A DNA stretch of 63,566 bases, filler included, from Candidatus Eiseniibacteriota bacterium (lineage in GTDB: Bacteria > Orphanbacterota > Orphanbacteria > Orphanbacterales > Orphanbacteraceae): NCBI GenBank assembly GCA_043809585.1. It is 4 parts of 4 records of this genome, joined end to end, with 100 filler letters (N's around TTAATTAATTAA, not from the genome) between each part and the next. Parts side by side here need not be neighbours in the genome. Positions count along the whole stretch, not along the records: positions 50,088 to 58,224 come from JBDROZ010000046.1; positions 58,325 to 63,566 come from JBDROZ010000073.1; 2 more parts are not named here. One strand, written 5' to 3'. Shown in pieces: positions 50,206 to 60,351 of the stretch (positions are counted from its first letter, which is position 1; every line of letters begins with the position of its first letter). The position numbers and the translations under genes are program-made. The notes under the pieces were generated by a model, which saw only the letters and a list, made by a program, of their open reading frames with translations, was not told where the DNA came from and made no database searches.

Positions 50206-50415
50206 GTGCAGGACAACCAGAACCTGGACCACTTCGATACCGCCGACCGTTTCGGGTACTGCGTCTTCGGGAATGTGATCGAAGGCCTCGACGTGGTCGA
50301 CCGGATCCGGAAGGTCGAGACGGGATCGAAGCCCCCCCTCCCGAGGGACGTTCCCCTTCAGGATGTGGTGATCCTCTCCGTCGCCCGGGAAGAGCCGATG
50401 GGGGAGAAGCCCTAG
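50197..50415 (+). CDS. Cyclophilin-type peptidyl-prolyl isomerase, C-terminal part only
   Basis: FINVQDNQNLD...GYCVFGNVIEGLDVVDRI...DVP. Confidence 0.85.
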   Translation, partial: FINVQDNQNLDHFDTADRFGYCVFGNVIEGLDVVDRIRKVETGSKPPLPRDVPLQDVVILSVAREEPMGEKP

Positions 50416-50455
50416 CCTGGATCATGCATGGGCAACCGGGACGAACCGGAAAATA

Positions 50456-50490
50456 GAAAGCCCCGACCGCGCCGCGGCCGGGGCTTCTTC
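50456..50490. terminator. Probable intrinsic terminator between convergent genes
   Basis: AAGCCCCG...CGGGGCTT hairpin with an A-rich left flank. Confidence 0.6.
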
Positions 50491-50513
50491 GCATCGTGGG
50501 GAGAGGACTCTTC

Positions 50514-51107
50514 CTACTCGCTCTCCTGCCTGACGGTCTCGAGGTTCAACGTGATCTCCACTTCGTTCCCGATGAGCGGCGGCCGGTACTTGATGTCGGT
50601 CCAACCGACGCCGAACTCCTCCCGGGTGACGGTCAGCTTCCCCTCGAACCCGGCCCGCACGTCCCCCCAGGGGGTTTCGGCGGAGCCGAGGAATTCGACA
50701 TCGATCGCCACGGGCTTCTCGACGTCCATGATCTTCAGCTTGCCGGTGAGGACGTAACCGTCCCCCTTCTTTTCCATCTTCTCGCTCGTGAATGTGATGG
50801 TCGTGTACTTCTCCACTTCGAAGAAGTCCGCGCTCCGGAGGTGCTCGTCCCTCTTCTCGTTCTCTGTGTCCACGCTGTTCGCCATGATCGTGATCTTGGC
50901 CGAACCGGTGGTCAGATCGTTCTCGTCGAAGCTCAGTTCCCCGTCGAAATCTCCGAACGCGCCGTTCACGATCGAGATCCCGAGGTGGCGGATCTTGAAG
51001 TTCACCGACGAGTGGGGCTTGTCGATCGTCCAGTTCGCCGCCATGGCGGCGGCCGGCGCCAAAACCAGCGCGGCGGCCAGAACGATCGCCGTGAATCGGA
51101 TTCTCAT
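50514..51107 (-). CDS. YceI-family periplasmic protein
   Basis: Signal peptide; WTIDKPHS, RDEHLRSADFF, REEFGV. Confidence 0.92.
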   Translation of the reverse strand: MRIRFTAIVLAAALVLAPAAAMAANWTIDKPHSSVNFKIRHLGISIVNGAFGDFDGELSFDENDLTTGSAKITIMANSVDTENEKRDEHLRSADFFEVEKYTTITFTSEKMEKKGDGYVLTGKLKIMDVEKPVAIDVEFLGSAETPWGDVRAGFEGKLTVTREEFGVGWTDIKYRPPLIGNEVEITLNLETVRQESE

Positions 51108-51661
51108 TCTTCTTCCTCCTGTCGATCACCGTCGAAACCATCGGGATTCCCGTCGGCCGGAGGCCTGCCGGAATCGTCGTTCGAACCCACCAGGGGTTCG
51201 CGCACTTTTTCGAGCAGATCGAGAAACCTCTCGATCTCGTGAGGGGCAAGACCTTCCATGGCCCGCCGGGTGCTCCGGTCGATCGCCTCGTCGAGCTCCG
51301 CAAGAACGCGAAGCCCTTCGTCGGTCACCACGAGCCGGGTCACCCGCCGGTCCTCCCGGGAACGGATCCGACGGAGAAGCCCCTTCTCCTGGAGCTTGTC
51401 CGTGAGCCGCGTGATGTTCGGCGCCCGGGCGACCATCCGGCCGACCACGTGATAGGTGGGAAGCCCCTCGCTCCCCGCGCCGCGCAGGATGCGGAGAACG
51501 TTGTACTGCTCGCCCGAAAGGCCGTGCGCCCCGAGAGGCCCGTGGGCGACCTCCCTCACCCGGTCGACCGTAAGAAAAAGGGAAACAATAGCTTCCTCGG
51601 CCACCGAGGCGAAGGGCTTCGTCTGGACGATCAGTCTCTCAATGGATACGTTTCTCTTCAT
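51104..51661 (-). CDS. MarR-family regulator
   Basis: QYNVLRILRG, PNITRLTDKL, EDRR; stop overlaps the yceI start. Confidence 0.9.
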   Translation of the reverse strand: MKRNVSIERLIVQTKPFASVAEEAIVSLFLTVDRVREVAHGPLGAHGLSGEQYNVLRILRGAGSEGLPTYHVVGRMVARAPNITRLTDKLQEKGLLRRIRSREDRRVTRLVVTDEGLRVLAELDEAIDRSTRRAMEGLAPHEIERFLDLLEKVREPLVGSNDDSGRPPADGNPDGFDGDRQEEEE

Positions 51662-51733
51662 GCTCGGGAATATAGTCAAAAACATCTTCCATGGCAGATT
51701 TATTGTGAAAAGCGTGGCCCCCGCGGGGGCGTC

Positions 51734-51762
51734 TTGACGGATCGGACGGCGACGGATACCAT
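51734..51762 (+). promoter_or_regulatory. Candidate sigma70 promoter of the gdh-like gene
   Basis: TTGACG-17 nt-TACCAT; AAGGAGG SD downstream. Confidence 0.55.
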
Positions 51763-51827
51763 TAGACGGAGTCCCGCTCCGACATCGAGATCATTAACTC
51801 GTTATAAATGAAGGAGGTACGAATCCC

Positions 51828-53081
51828 ATGTCCTCCGGAAACCTGAACCCCTTCGCGATCGCCCTGCAGCGGCTCGGCGAGGCCGCCGAGAGACTCGGCC
51901 TCGACGAGGCGACCCACGAGTTCCTCCGGTGGCCGATGCGGGAGATCACCGTCACCCTGCCGGTCAAGATGGACGACGGCGGCGTCCGGTTCTTCCGGGG
52001 CCACCGGGTGCAGTACAACACCGCCCGGGGGCCGGCCAAGGGGGGCCTCCGCTGGCATCCGGACGAGACGATCCAGGAGATCCGGGCCCTCGCCGCGCGG
52101 ATGACCTGGAAGACCGCCGTCATGGACCTCCCCCTCGGCGGCGGCCAGGGGGGCGTCGCCTGCAACCCGAAGGAGATGACCGAAGGGGAGAAGGAGCGGC
52201 TCGCCCGCGCCTACATCCGGCAGGTCGGCTGCGTGCTCGGCACGGACAAGGACGTGGCCGGGCCGGACATTTACACGACTCCCCCGATCATGGCGTGGAT
52301 GATGGACGAGCACGAGACGATCCACGGCGGGTTCGACCCGGGCGTGATCACGGGGAAGCCGATCCCCCTCGGCGGCTCCCGGGGACGGGGGGACGCCGCG
52401 GCCCGGGGCGGGATCTTCTGCGTCCGGGAGGCGGCCGCCGCCCGGGGCATCGACCTGAAAGGAAGTACGGCGGCGATCCAGGGGTTCGGGAATGCGGGGC
52501 AGTTCGCCGCGACCCTGGGTGAAGAACTGCTGGGGCTGAAGATCGTCGCGGCCACCGACTCCCGGGGGGGCGTCTTCCATCCGGAGGGGATGGACGCCGA
52601 GCGGCTCGTGAACCACAAGCTGACCACGGGGCGCGTCGAGGGTTTCCCCGGCGCCAAACCGATCGGGAGCGAAGAGGCCCTCGAGCTCGACGTGGACGTG
52701 CTCTTTCCGTCGGCCCTCGAAAACGTGATCACCAAGGAGAACGCGCCTCGGGTGAAGGCGAAGATCGTCTGCGAGCTCGCCCACGGTCCGACCACGCCCG
52801 AGGCGGACGGGATTCTGCACGGGAAGGGCGTCTTCCTCCTCCCCGACTTCCTTGCCAACGCCGGGGGCGTGACGGTCTCCTATTTCGAGCAGGTTCAGAA
52901 CGCGTACAACTACTACTGGTCCCTGGAAGAGGTGCACCGTCGCCTGGACGAAAAGATGACGCGGGCGTTCCGGGACGTCTACGAAATGCACGAGATGGAG
53001 AATGTCCCGATGCGCCTCGCCGCTTCCATGGTCGCCGTCTCCCGCGTCGCCGAAGCGTGCCGATTGAGGGGCTGGGCCTAG
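51828..53081 (+). CDS. Glu/Leu/Phe/Val dehydrogenase family protein with the catalytic Lys replaced by Gln
   Basis: GPAKGGLR, MTWK, GGGQGG, ITGKP, QGFGNAG, ANAGGVTVSYFE. Confidence 0.92.
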   Translation: MSSGNLNPFAIALQRLGEAAERLGLDEATHEFLRWPMREITVTLPVKMDDGGVRFFRGHRVQYNTARGPAKGGLRWHPDETIQEIRALAARMTWKTAVMDLPLGGGQGGVACNPKEMTEGEKERLARAYIRQVGCVLGTDKDVAGPDIYTTPPIMAWMMDEHETIHGGFDPGVITGKPIPLGGSRGRGDAAARGGIFCVREAAAARGIDLKGSTAAIQGFGNAGQFAATLGEELLGLKIVAATDSRGGVFHPEGMDAERLVNHKLTTGRVEGFPGAKPIGSEEALELDVDVLFPSALENVITKENAPRVKAKIVCELAHGPTTPEADGILHGKGVFLLPDFLANAGGVTVSYFEQVQNAYNYYWSLEEVHRRLDEKMTRAFRDVYEMHEMENVPMRLAASMVAVSRVAEACRLRGWA

Positions 53082-53259
53082 CCTGGATGATGCGCGTCCG
53101 TTCTACTGCGGAATCGATCCGCGGGCTACGAGGCCTCCTTTCCTTCACCGCTTCCTCAACGGGGCTTCAGGCCCCGCCTCCGGGAGCGGCTCGTCCAAGT
53201 CGGCCTCTCGCCGCCCGACTCGATTCCTCGAAACGAACCTCCGCGCCTCATCCAGGCTA
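53079..53259. mobile_element. MITE-like element, 181 bp
   Basis: TAGCCTGGATGATGCGCG ... CGCGCCTCATCCAGGCTA terminal inverted repeats; internal GGGGC-TTCAG-GCCCC hairpin. Confidence 0.8.
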
Positions 53260-53362
53260 TCCTGGGAATTCCGCGATCCGGTCGGATTCGTGGCGAACGT
53301 GCTAGTATGGTAGCCATCGCTTCAGAAAACGGTTCCGGTTCTGCCTCAAGGAGATTCGCGGT

Positions 53363-55699
53363 ATGACCGACGAGCTGCCGCCCATCCCGGCGGAGGACAA
53401 CCCGACGGCGGAGCGGCTCCGGCGGCGGCTGAAGGACAGCGCCGTCATCGCCGCCCGGATCTACCGGAACCTCCTCATCCAGCTCCACACGGGCGACCAC
53501 ATCACCATCGACCGGATCCACGAACAGGCGGAGCGTATGCTCGGCCTCGAGTCGGTCCCCCACGACGAGGAGGACCCGAACCGGGGGCTCTCGGTCCGGT
53601 GGGATGCGGGGCAGCGGGACGCGGTCTACGAGCTGATCGAGCGGTACGTGGCCATGTACCTGACCCCCGACGACGTGGACAACTCGGTCTTCCAAGCCCG
53701 CCGGAGCGAGCGGGCCCGCACCCTCGAAGAGATGGCGAACGTCCCCGGCGTCTCCTTCAATCTTCTCGCCCAGAAGGTGCAGGAATACTGCAGCCTCCCG
53801 AAGGCCCCCGACTACGACCCCCTCGAGGAGGAGTCGACGGGCGTCCGGGTGTCGCTCATCCGCCATTTCCTCTCGGACCAGCTCGAGTTCATCGGCGTCG
53901 CGAAGCGGCACCTCAGCGTGGAGGACATGCTCCCCATCGTGAAGAACTCGATCGGTCCCCGGGGAGGCCTCGGGAAGACGGGGGGGAAGGCGGCGGGCAT
54001 GGTGCTCGCCTCGAAGATCGTGAACCGCCACTTCGAGAGGAGCGGCAAAAAGCCCCCTTTCCCGCTCGGCACGCCCGAGTCGTTCTACCTCCGGACCGAT
54101 CACTTCACGGAGTTCGTGGAGCGGAACGACCTGATGGGCTACTACGACATCAAGTACAAGCGCATCGGCGAAATCCGCCGCTCCTACCCGCTCATCCGGG
54201 AGGTGTTCAAGAACGGTTCGTTTTCGCCCTTCATCATGCAGCGGCTCCGGCTCCTGCTCGAGGGGGCCGGCCACGCGCCCCTCATCGTCCGTTCGTCGAG
54301 CCTCCTGGAGGACAATTTCGGCTCCGCCTTCTCGGGGAAATACGAGTCGATCTTCGTCGCCAACCAAGGGCGGCTCGAGCAGCGCCTCGAGGCGCTCATG
54401 GGGGCGATCGCCGAGGTGTACGCCTCCACGCTCGGGCCGGACCCGATCCTCTACCGGCGGGAGCGGAACCTGATCGATTACGACGAGCAGATGGGCGTCC
54501 TGATCCAGAAGGTGATCGGCCGGACCCACGGGCCCTACTTCCTGCCGGCCTGGGCGGGGGTGGCGTTTTCGGTGAACGACTGGCGGTGGAGCCCGCGCAT
54601 CAAGCGGCAGGACGGTCTGCTCCGCCTCGTCTTCGGCCTCGGCACGCGCGCCGTCGACCGGGTGGGGGACGACTACCCGCGCATGGTCCCCCTTGGCATG
54701 CCGACGCTCCGCCCGGAGATCGAGGCGGCCGACATCGCCCGGTATTCGCAGCGGCTCGTCGATGTGATCCACCTCGAGAAGAACCGGTTCGAACGGATCC
54801 CCTTCGAGGAGTTCATCAAGGTGGAGGGGCCTTTCCCCGATCTTCAGAAGACGGTGTCGGTCTTCGAGCAGGGGATGATGCGACGGCCCGCGACGGCGAA
54901 CGTCCGGGGGAGCAAGTCGCCCCTGGTGATCACGTTCGACGGGCTCCTCGCCGGGCCGTTCCCGGGGTTTCTCCGGGAGGCGCTCCGGGTGATCGCCGAG
55001 GCGTACGGGGCGCCGATGGACGTGGAGTTCGCCTACGACGGGGAGACGTTCTACATCCTCCAGGCCAGGCCCCAAGGGCAGCACGCGGAGGCGGAAGGGG
55101 TCAAGGTGCCCACGGACGTGCCCGGGGAGCGCCAGGTCTTCAGCGCCTCCCGTTTCGTGCCGGCGGGGAAGCTGGAGAACGTGGAGCATTTGGTCTACAT
55201 CGACCCGGTCGACTACGCGAACGTCCCGACCTACGAGCTGAAGAGCGCGGTCGGTTATCTGGTGGGGCGGCTGAACGAGCGGCTCGAGGGATCGAAGTTC
55301 ATTCTCCTCGGGCCGGGGCGGTGGGGGTCGAACAACATCGACCTCGGGGTGAAGGTGCGGTACGCGGACATCCACCGGACGAGCGCGCTCATCGAGGTGG
55401 CGAAGAGCCAGGGGGGCTACACGCCGGAGGTCTCCTTCGGCACGCACTTCTTCCAGGACCTGACCGAGTCGGGGATCTTCTATCTGCCCCTCTATCCGGA
55501 TGACGACAAGAACGTCTTCAACGAAGCGTTCCTCCGGGAGTCGCCGAACATGCTGACCGCCCTCCTCCCCGACGCGGCGGAGCACGCGGCGACGGTCCGG
55601 GTCATCCACGTCCCCTCCGCGACGAACGGTCTGTATCTCCATCTGTACATGAACGCCGACGAGGACAAGGCGCTGGCGTTTCTCGGCGAAAAGAAGTAA
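53363..55699 (+). CDS. PEP/pyruvate-binding (PPDK/PEP-synthase N-terminal ATP-grasp) domain protein
   Basis: GGKAAG, VRSSSLLED..FSGKYES, MGVLIQ, DVEFA, LQARP; C-terminal GPGRWGS and SFGTHFFQ; no recognisable phospho-His or PEP TIM-barrel domain. Confidence 0.85.
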   Translation: MTDELPPIPAEDNPTAERLRRRLKDSAVIAARIYRNLLIQLHTGDHITIDRIHEQAERMLGLESVPHDEEDPNRGLSVRWDAGQRDAVYELIERYVAMYLTPDDVDNSVFQARRSERARTLEEMANVPGVSFNLLAQKVQEYCSLPKAPDYDPLEEESTGVRVSLIRHFLSDQLEFIGVAKRHLSVEDMLPIVKNSIGPRGGLGKTGGKAAGMVLASKIVNRHFERSGKKPPFPLGTPESFYLRTDHFTEFVERNDLMGYYDIKYKRIGEIRRSYPLIREVFKNGSFSPFIMQRLRLLLEGAGHAPLIVRSSSLLEDNFGSAFSGKYESIFVANQGRLEQRLEALMGAIAEVYASTLGPDPILYRRERNLIDYDEQMGVLIQKVIGRTHGPYFLPAWAGVAFSVNDWRWSPRIKRQDGLLRLVFGLGTRAVDRVGDDYPRMVPLGMPTLRPEIEAADIARYSQRLVDVIHLEKNRFERIPFEEFIKVEGPFPDLQKTVSVFEQGMMRRPATANVRGSKSPLVITFDGLLAGPFPGFLREALRVIAEAYGAPMDVEFAYDGETFYILQARPQGQHAEAEGVKVPTDVPGERQVFSASRFVPAGKLENVEHLVYIDPVDYANVPTYELKSAVGYLVGRLNERLEGSKFILLGPGRWGSNNIDLGVKVRYADIHRTSALIEVAKSQGGYTPEVSFGTHFFQDLTESGIFYLPLYPDDDKNVFNEAFLRESPNMLTALLPDAAEHAATVRVIHVPSATNGLYLHLYMNADEDKALAFLGEKK

Positions 55700-55727
55700 C
55701 CAGACCGAGCTCACGGAACCGGAGTGA

Positions 55728-56231
55728 GCGGGGGACAGGTCTCGCTCGCGCCTCCGGCGGAATGCGGGGGACATGAACTCGTTTCGTGTCCCCCGTATTT
55801 CCGGCGGACCCTGTCCCCCTCCGGACGCGTATCGCCCACGAGCACCACCATTCCAGGGTGCAGAAGAGGAGGCCAAGGAAATCAGAACTTTGGAGTGAGC
55901 GGGGGACTTCAGTAGTCGGACGGGCGGGTCCTGTCCGGGGCGTGGGTGGGGGGATGGCGGCTCAGACAAGCCGTCCGCGCCTACTCGATCTTCCGTCGGC
56001 ATGCCTCGTGCGGAATGGCGCTCCCGGCAACTCGCCGCTTCATCCCCCCACCCAACACCCCGGACACCCACCCGTGCGGAATGCGGGGGACATGAACTCG
56101 TTTCGTGTCCCCCGTATTCCCGGCCACCCACCCGTGGCCCCGAATGATCAGCAAGGACTGCCGAGGGGATGAAAGGCGAGAGAAGGCATGTGATTGTCAT
56201 CCCTGCGTAGGCAGGGATCCAGGGAAACCCA
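55728..56231. repeat. Repeat mosaic: inverted copy of 24631-24882 with nested REP-like hairpins
   Basis: GCGGAATGCGGGGGACATGAACTCGTTTCGTGTCCCCCGTATT occurs twice; GTCATCCCTGCGTAGGCAGGGATCC hairpin. Confidence 0.85.
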
Positions 56232-56378
56232 CCACCGTTGGCGCCGCCGGCCAAAACCAGGAAGAGCCGGGGACCGGGACCATCTCCTTCTGTTGAATTC
56301 CTTTTTGGGACTGCGTTCAATATGTCGGAATTGGCGGACGCGAGTAGATTCGGGTAAAGTGGGGCCGAAAGGTACGAC

Positions 56379-57098
56379 ATGACTCTCTGGGCGACTCCTT
56401 GGAAAGCCACCCGACTTCACACTGTGACGCTTCGTTTCCTTCCTTTCATTCTCACGATGCTTCTCGGAATCTCGCTTTCGTCCTGCGGTCTCAAACCTGA
56501 TGATGGAGATGATCCCGAGGGAGAGAGCTGTCCCCTCTCAGCCCCCGAGGTAAACTTGGCCGAAGAGGAGCTCTCGATCTGGTCGCTCGTCATCGAATCA
56601 CTTTATCCCAGGTCCGGCATGGTCGTTCTTCGGGATTCCACCCGGTACTTCCCGATCCGCGGCTGGCTGGTTGACAGCGGGGACTCGGTCTCCATGTCGG
56701 TTGAGACACGCGATGCCTACGTGATTGCCAACGAGAAGAGGTGTGGAGTCCCGACCAACATCCCCCTCGACAAACCCTATGTGCTCGGCCCGACGTTCGG
56801 CCTTCCAGGGCCCACCTGGGAGGAGTTCTGGGAACTCTATCCGGAATCGGGCGGCATCGCGGCCGTTTCCAAGGTCGGTTTTGGCATCGAGTCCTGCGAA
56901 GCCGTCGTTTACTATGAGCGAGAGTGTGGCATCTTGTGCGGGAGGGGATACATCGTATTGCTCTCGTATGACGCCGGGCAGTGGAACATCGCGTGGGTTA
57001 TAAATGTCTGGGTATCGAAAAAGGAGTACACCTCCGCCCTACGATGGCCCGGCACCGAGGAACGACCACCCGTTTCGGCAAAACCTCCCGGGGAATGA
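56379..57098 (+). CDS. Hypothetical lipoprotein (start uncertain)
   Basis: Hydrophobic leader ending LSSC; SKVGF...CGILCGRG motif; lower GC than neighbours. Confidence 0.6.
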   Translation: MTLWATPWKATRLHTVTLRFLPFILTMLLGISLSSCGLKPDDGDDPEGESCPLSAPEVNLAEEELSIWSLVIESLYPRSGMVVLRDSTRYFPIRGWLVDSGDSVSMSVETRDAYVIANEKRCGVPTNIPLDKPYVLGPTFGLPGPTWEEFWELYPESGGIAAVSKVGFGIESCEAVVYYERECGILCGRGYIVLLSYDAGQWNIAWVINVWVSKKEYTSALRWPGTEERPPVSAKPPGE

Positions 57099-57101
57099 TC
57101 C

Positions 57102-57245
57102 ATGAAGCCGATCCGCGTCCTCGACACCCTGGCCATTCTCGCCGCTCTCGTGATGGCCGTCGCCAGCATCGCGCTCGGCGACGCCGACAAGACACCGCTC
57201 TACTTGCTCGTCGGCTATGCCCTCTGGCGGATCGGGAGTCGGTGA
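57102..57245 (+). CDS. Small 47-aa membrane protein (below the ORF-track cutoff)
   Basis: MKPIRVLDTLAILAALVMAVASIALGDADKTPLYLLVGYALWRIGSR; GC-ending codons; starts 3 nt after the upstream stop. Confidence 0.5.
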   Translation: MKPIRVLDTLAILAALVMAVASIALGDADKTPLYLLVGYALWRIGSR

Positions 57246-57259
57246 GTGAACGAGGGAAA

Positions 57260-57312
57260 GAGGGACAGTAACCCATTCTTCTTGGGCTTCAAGGAATAGG
57301 CAACTGTCCCTG
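57260..57312. repeat. REP-like AGGGACAGT...ACTGTCCCT hairpin
   Basis: 9-bp inverted arms with the same GGGACA/TGTCCC core, between convergent genes. Confidence 0.6.
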
Positions 57313-57372
57313 GTTTTTTGGTTTTTCCTGGTTCCCGGCCGGAAGAGACAAGGGATCGCCTGTTCGATCCGA

Positions 57373-58005
57373 TCAGAAGGCCAGCCCGACGCTCCCCGCG
57401 ACTCCGACTCCGAAGCCGCCGACCGTCCCCCGGTCGTCCCCCCCCTTCTCGAAGAGCCCGCCGAGGGCGGTGTGGAGCGACGCGCCTCCCTCGATGGAGA
57501 GTCGGTTCCCGAGGAGCAGTTGGTACCCGAATCCGAGAAGGGAGACGTCGTAGGCGACGACCGTGTACTTCCTGCGCATCTCCTCCATGTCCTCCCCCGC
57601 CGCCTCACCGACGAGGAGGGAGAGGCCCATCACCGTGAAAAAACCCCGCGGCGCGGCGTGCCGGTAGTAGCGAAACTGAAAGCCGGCCGCGCCGAGGTCC
57701 GCCTTCACCTCCGGCACGTCGGCGCCCCCCTCGGCGCCCGCCTCGAGATCCTCCATCCATCCGACGCCCCACACGAGCGATTGATGCCCTTTCGCCTCAC
57801 GGGTCCTCTCGTAGGAGAGGCCCCACATCCGCTTCCCGAGGGCCCCGGCGAGAATGTCGGCGTGAACGACGTTTCGGGGGGGGCCGGAATCCACGCGGAA
57901 CCCGGCCGGTTCGGCGGCGCCGGCCGCGCCGAGCAGTCCGCCGAGAAGGACGATTCGAAGCGCCGGCACCCGGCCGGCGAGAACGGAGCAGCGACTCGAG
58001 CGCAT
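57373..58005 (-). CDS. Putative outer-membrane beta-barrel protein
   Basis: Signal peptide, alternating amphipathic strands (GLSYER, QFRYY, GFGYQ), C-terminal Phe. Confidence 0.6.
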   Translation of the reverse strand: MRSSRCSVLAGRVPALRIVLLGGLLGAAGAAEPAGFRVDSGPPRNVVHADILAGALGKRMWGLSYERTREAKGHQSLVWGVGWMEDLEAGAEGGADVPEVKADLGAAGFQFRYYRHAAPRGFFTVMGLSLLVGEAAGEDMEEMRRKYTVVAYDVSLLGFGYQLLLGNRLSIEGGASLHTALGGLFEKGGDDRGTVGGFGVGVAGSVGLAF

Positions 58006-58031
58006 GGCTTCTACCCCCGAGACCGTACGTC

Positions 58032-58224
58032 TAACCTTGATTTTTCATAAAATCTCGGCTCAAAACGCTGCCGCTCGCATGATAGCACGCCATCTGCGAC
58101 AGTGCTCGCATTCACCAATGCTCACATATCGTTGGATATGCTCTGCTTGGTGAATGCTGCGCGCTGCCGCATCTGACGCACTCTCACGCGTTTGTTCTCG
58201 AGATTTTATGAAAGATCAAGGCTA
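58032..58224. mobile_element. MITE-like element, 193 bp, ending at the contig break
   Basis: 26-bp terminal inverted repeats TAACCTTGATTTTTCATAAAATCTCG / CGAGATTTTATGAAAGATCAAGGCTA (2 mismatches); nested GCATTCACCAA..CATATC....GATATG..TTGGTGAATGC hairpin. Confidence 0.85.
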
Positions 58225-58324
58225 NNNNNNNNNNNNNNNNNNNNNNNNNNNNNNNNNNNNNNNNNNNNTTAATTAATTAANNNNNNNNNNNNNNNNNNNN
58301 NNNNNNNNNNNNNNNNNNNNNNNN
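58225..58324. other. Artificial contig linker
   Basis: N run + TTAATTAATTAA + N run. Confidence 0.98.
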
Positions 58325-60178
58325 GTTGGCCGCTTTCAGGTCCTCCACCGCCGCCTCCCACTTCCCCTGGCGCCGGAGGATGTAGCCCGTCGCCATGATC
58401 GCCTCCGCCTCGCTCGGCTGGCGGCGGCGCACCGTATCGAAGTGCCCGAGGGCCTTCTCGAAATCCCGGCTTCCGTAGTAGGCGACGTCACCGAGGGCCA
58501 TCTGGGTCTCGGTCAGGTCCGGAGCGAGCCGCTCCGCCACGTCCACCGCCTCTTGGGCGAGGACGAGCTCATCCTCGTGCCCGAAGTTCCACTTCAGCCA
58601 GATCCGGGCCCGGGCGAGGGCGGCCCACGCCGCGGCGAACCGGGGATCGAGCCGGACCGCCTCGGTGAACCTCTCGATCGCCTGCTGGGTATCCTGCTCG
58701 GTCAGGCGGCGCCGGAAGAAGTCGTTCCCCTGGAGGTAATACTCGTACGCCTCCAGGTTCTCCGTCGGCTTCTCCTCCACCGAGCGGCGTTCCGGTTCCA
58801 GAAGCGTCACGTCGAGCGCCTGGGCGACCCGCTCGGCGATCTCGGACTGGACCCGGAAGACTTCGGTCATGTCCTCGTCGTAGGTGGCGGCCCAGAGGCT
58901 CAGGTTGTCCCGGATCCGGATCAGGTTCGGGATGATGCGGATAATGCTGGTCGGGTCCCGCGGCCGTTCCCGCTGGATCGACCCGTCGAGGATGTAGTCG
59001 ACGTTCAGCTCCCGGCCGATTTCGTCCGGTGATTTTCCGCTCTTCTTGTACTGCATCGCGCTCTGCCGGGAGATGACGCCGAGCCCCGCGATGCCGGCGA
59101 GGCGGGCCGTGATGGCGTCGGTGATGCCGTCGGCGAAGTACTCGTCCTCCGCGGGCCCCCGGTTCTCGAGAGGAAGCACGACGAGCATGGGACGCTCCGC
59201 CGGTCCTTCCCTCCCACCGAGGAACCGCCCGGCGAGAAGGGCGACGAGAACGAGCGCCGCCACTCCCCCCCCGGCGAGGAAGAGCTTGCTCCGGCCCCCG
59301 AGAAGGCCGCCCCCTCCCCGCGCGGCCCCCCCCGGACGGACGGCGCTGATCATGCCCGACATCCCGGGTTCCCGGAGGAGACGGAGATCGGCGGCGAGCT
59401 CGTCCACCGAACCGTAGCGGTCCTCCGGGTTCTTCTCGAGGCAGCGCCGAACCACGGCGCCGAGCTCCGGGGGCGCCCCGGAGCGGTGCTTTTCCAAAGG
59501 CTCCGGGTCCTCGTTCAGGATCGAGTAGACCAGGGCCTGCTCGTAGTCGCTCCGGAAGGGGAGGCGGCCCGCCACCATCTGGTAGAGCACGACCCCGAGG
59601 GCCCACACGTCGGTCCGCCCGTCCACCTCCTCCCCCCGGGCCTGCTCGGGGGACATGTAGGCGGCGGTCCCCACCGTGGACCCGATCTTGGTCAGGTTCG
59701 ACGGAGCGCCCAGCTTGGCGAGACCGAAGTCGAGGATCTTCGTCTGGCCGTCCTCGGTGAGAAAGACGTTCGCCGGCTTGATATCCCTGTGGACCACTCC
59801 CGCCCCATGGGCCTTGCCCAGCCCTTCGGCGACACCGAGGGCGATGCGAACCGCGTCTTCCACCGACACCTCGCCCCGCTTGATCCTCGACTCGAGGGTC
59901 TCCCCCTCGTAGAGGGCCATACAGATGAAAAGATGGCCGTCGTCGGTTTCGTCGATCTCGTGGATGGTGCAGATGTTCGGGTGGTCGAGGGCGGAGGCGG
60001 CCCGGGCCTCCTGGACGAACCGCTCCTTCGAATCCTCGTCCCTGGTCATCTCGGGAGGAAGGAACTTGAGGGCCACCGTGCGGGCGAGCTTGGTGTCCTC
60101 CGCCCTGTAGACGATCCCCATCCCCCCTTCGCCGAGGCGGCCGACGATGCGGTAGTGCGATACGGTCTTGCCGATCAT
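58325..60178 (-). CDS. Ser/Thr protein kinase with TM helix, TolB-N-like and TPR domains; 3' end truncated
   Basis: GEGGMG, VALK, HRDIKPAN, DFG, YMSPEQ; VLPLEN..YFADGIT; TPR repeats. Confidence 0.93.
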
Positions 60179-60351
60179 TCCGCCAGCTCTCCCGAAAGGG
60201 GTCGAAGGGGGACGAGGGAGGGCCCGTCCGGGGCTTTTCCATGCTATTTCTAACGTTTCCCCCACCCCGGGTCAAGGTGAATGGGGCGACGGCCTTGCGA
60301 CTCTCCCCCTGATCGGGCACACTGGGGTTCGGCCGGGGAGGAGGGATCGGA

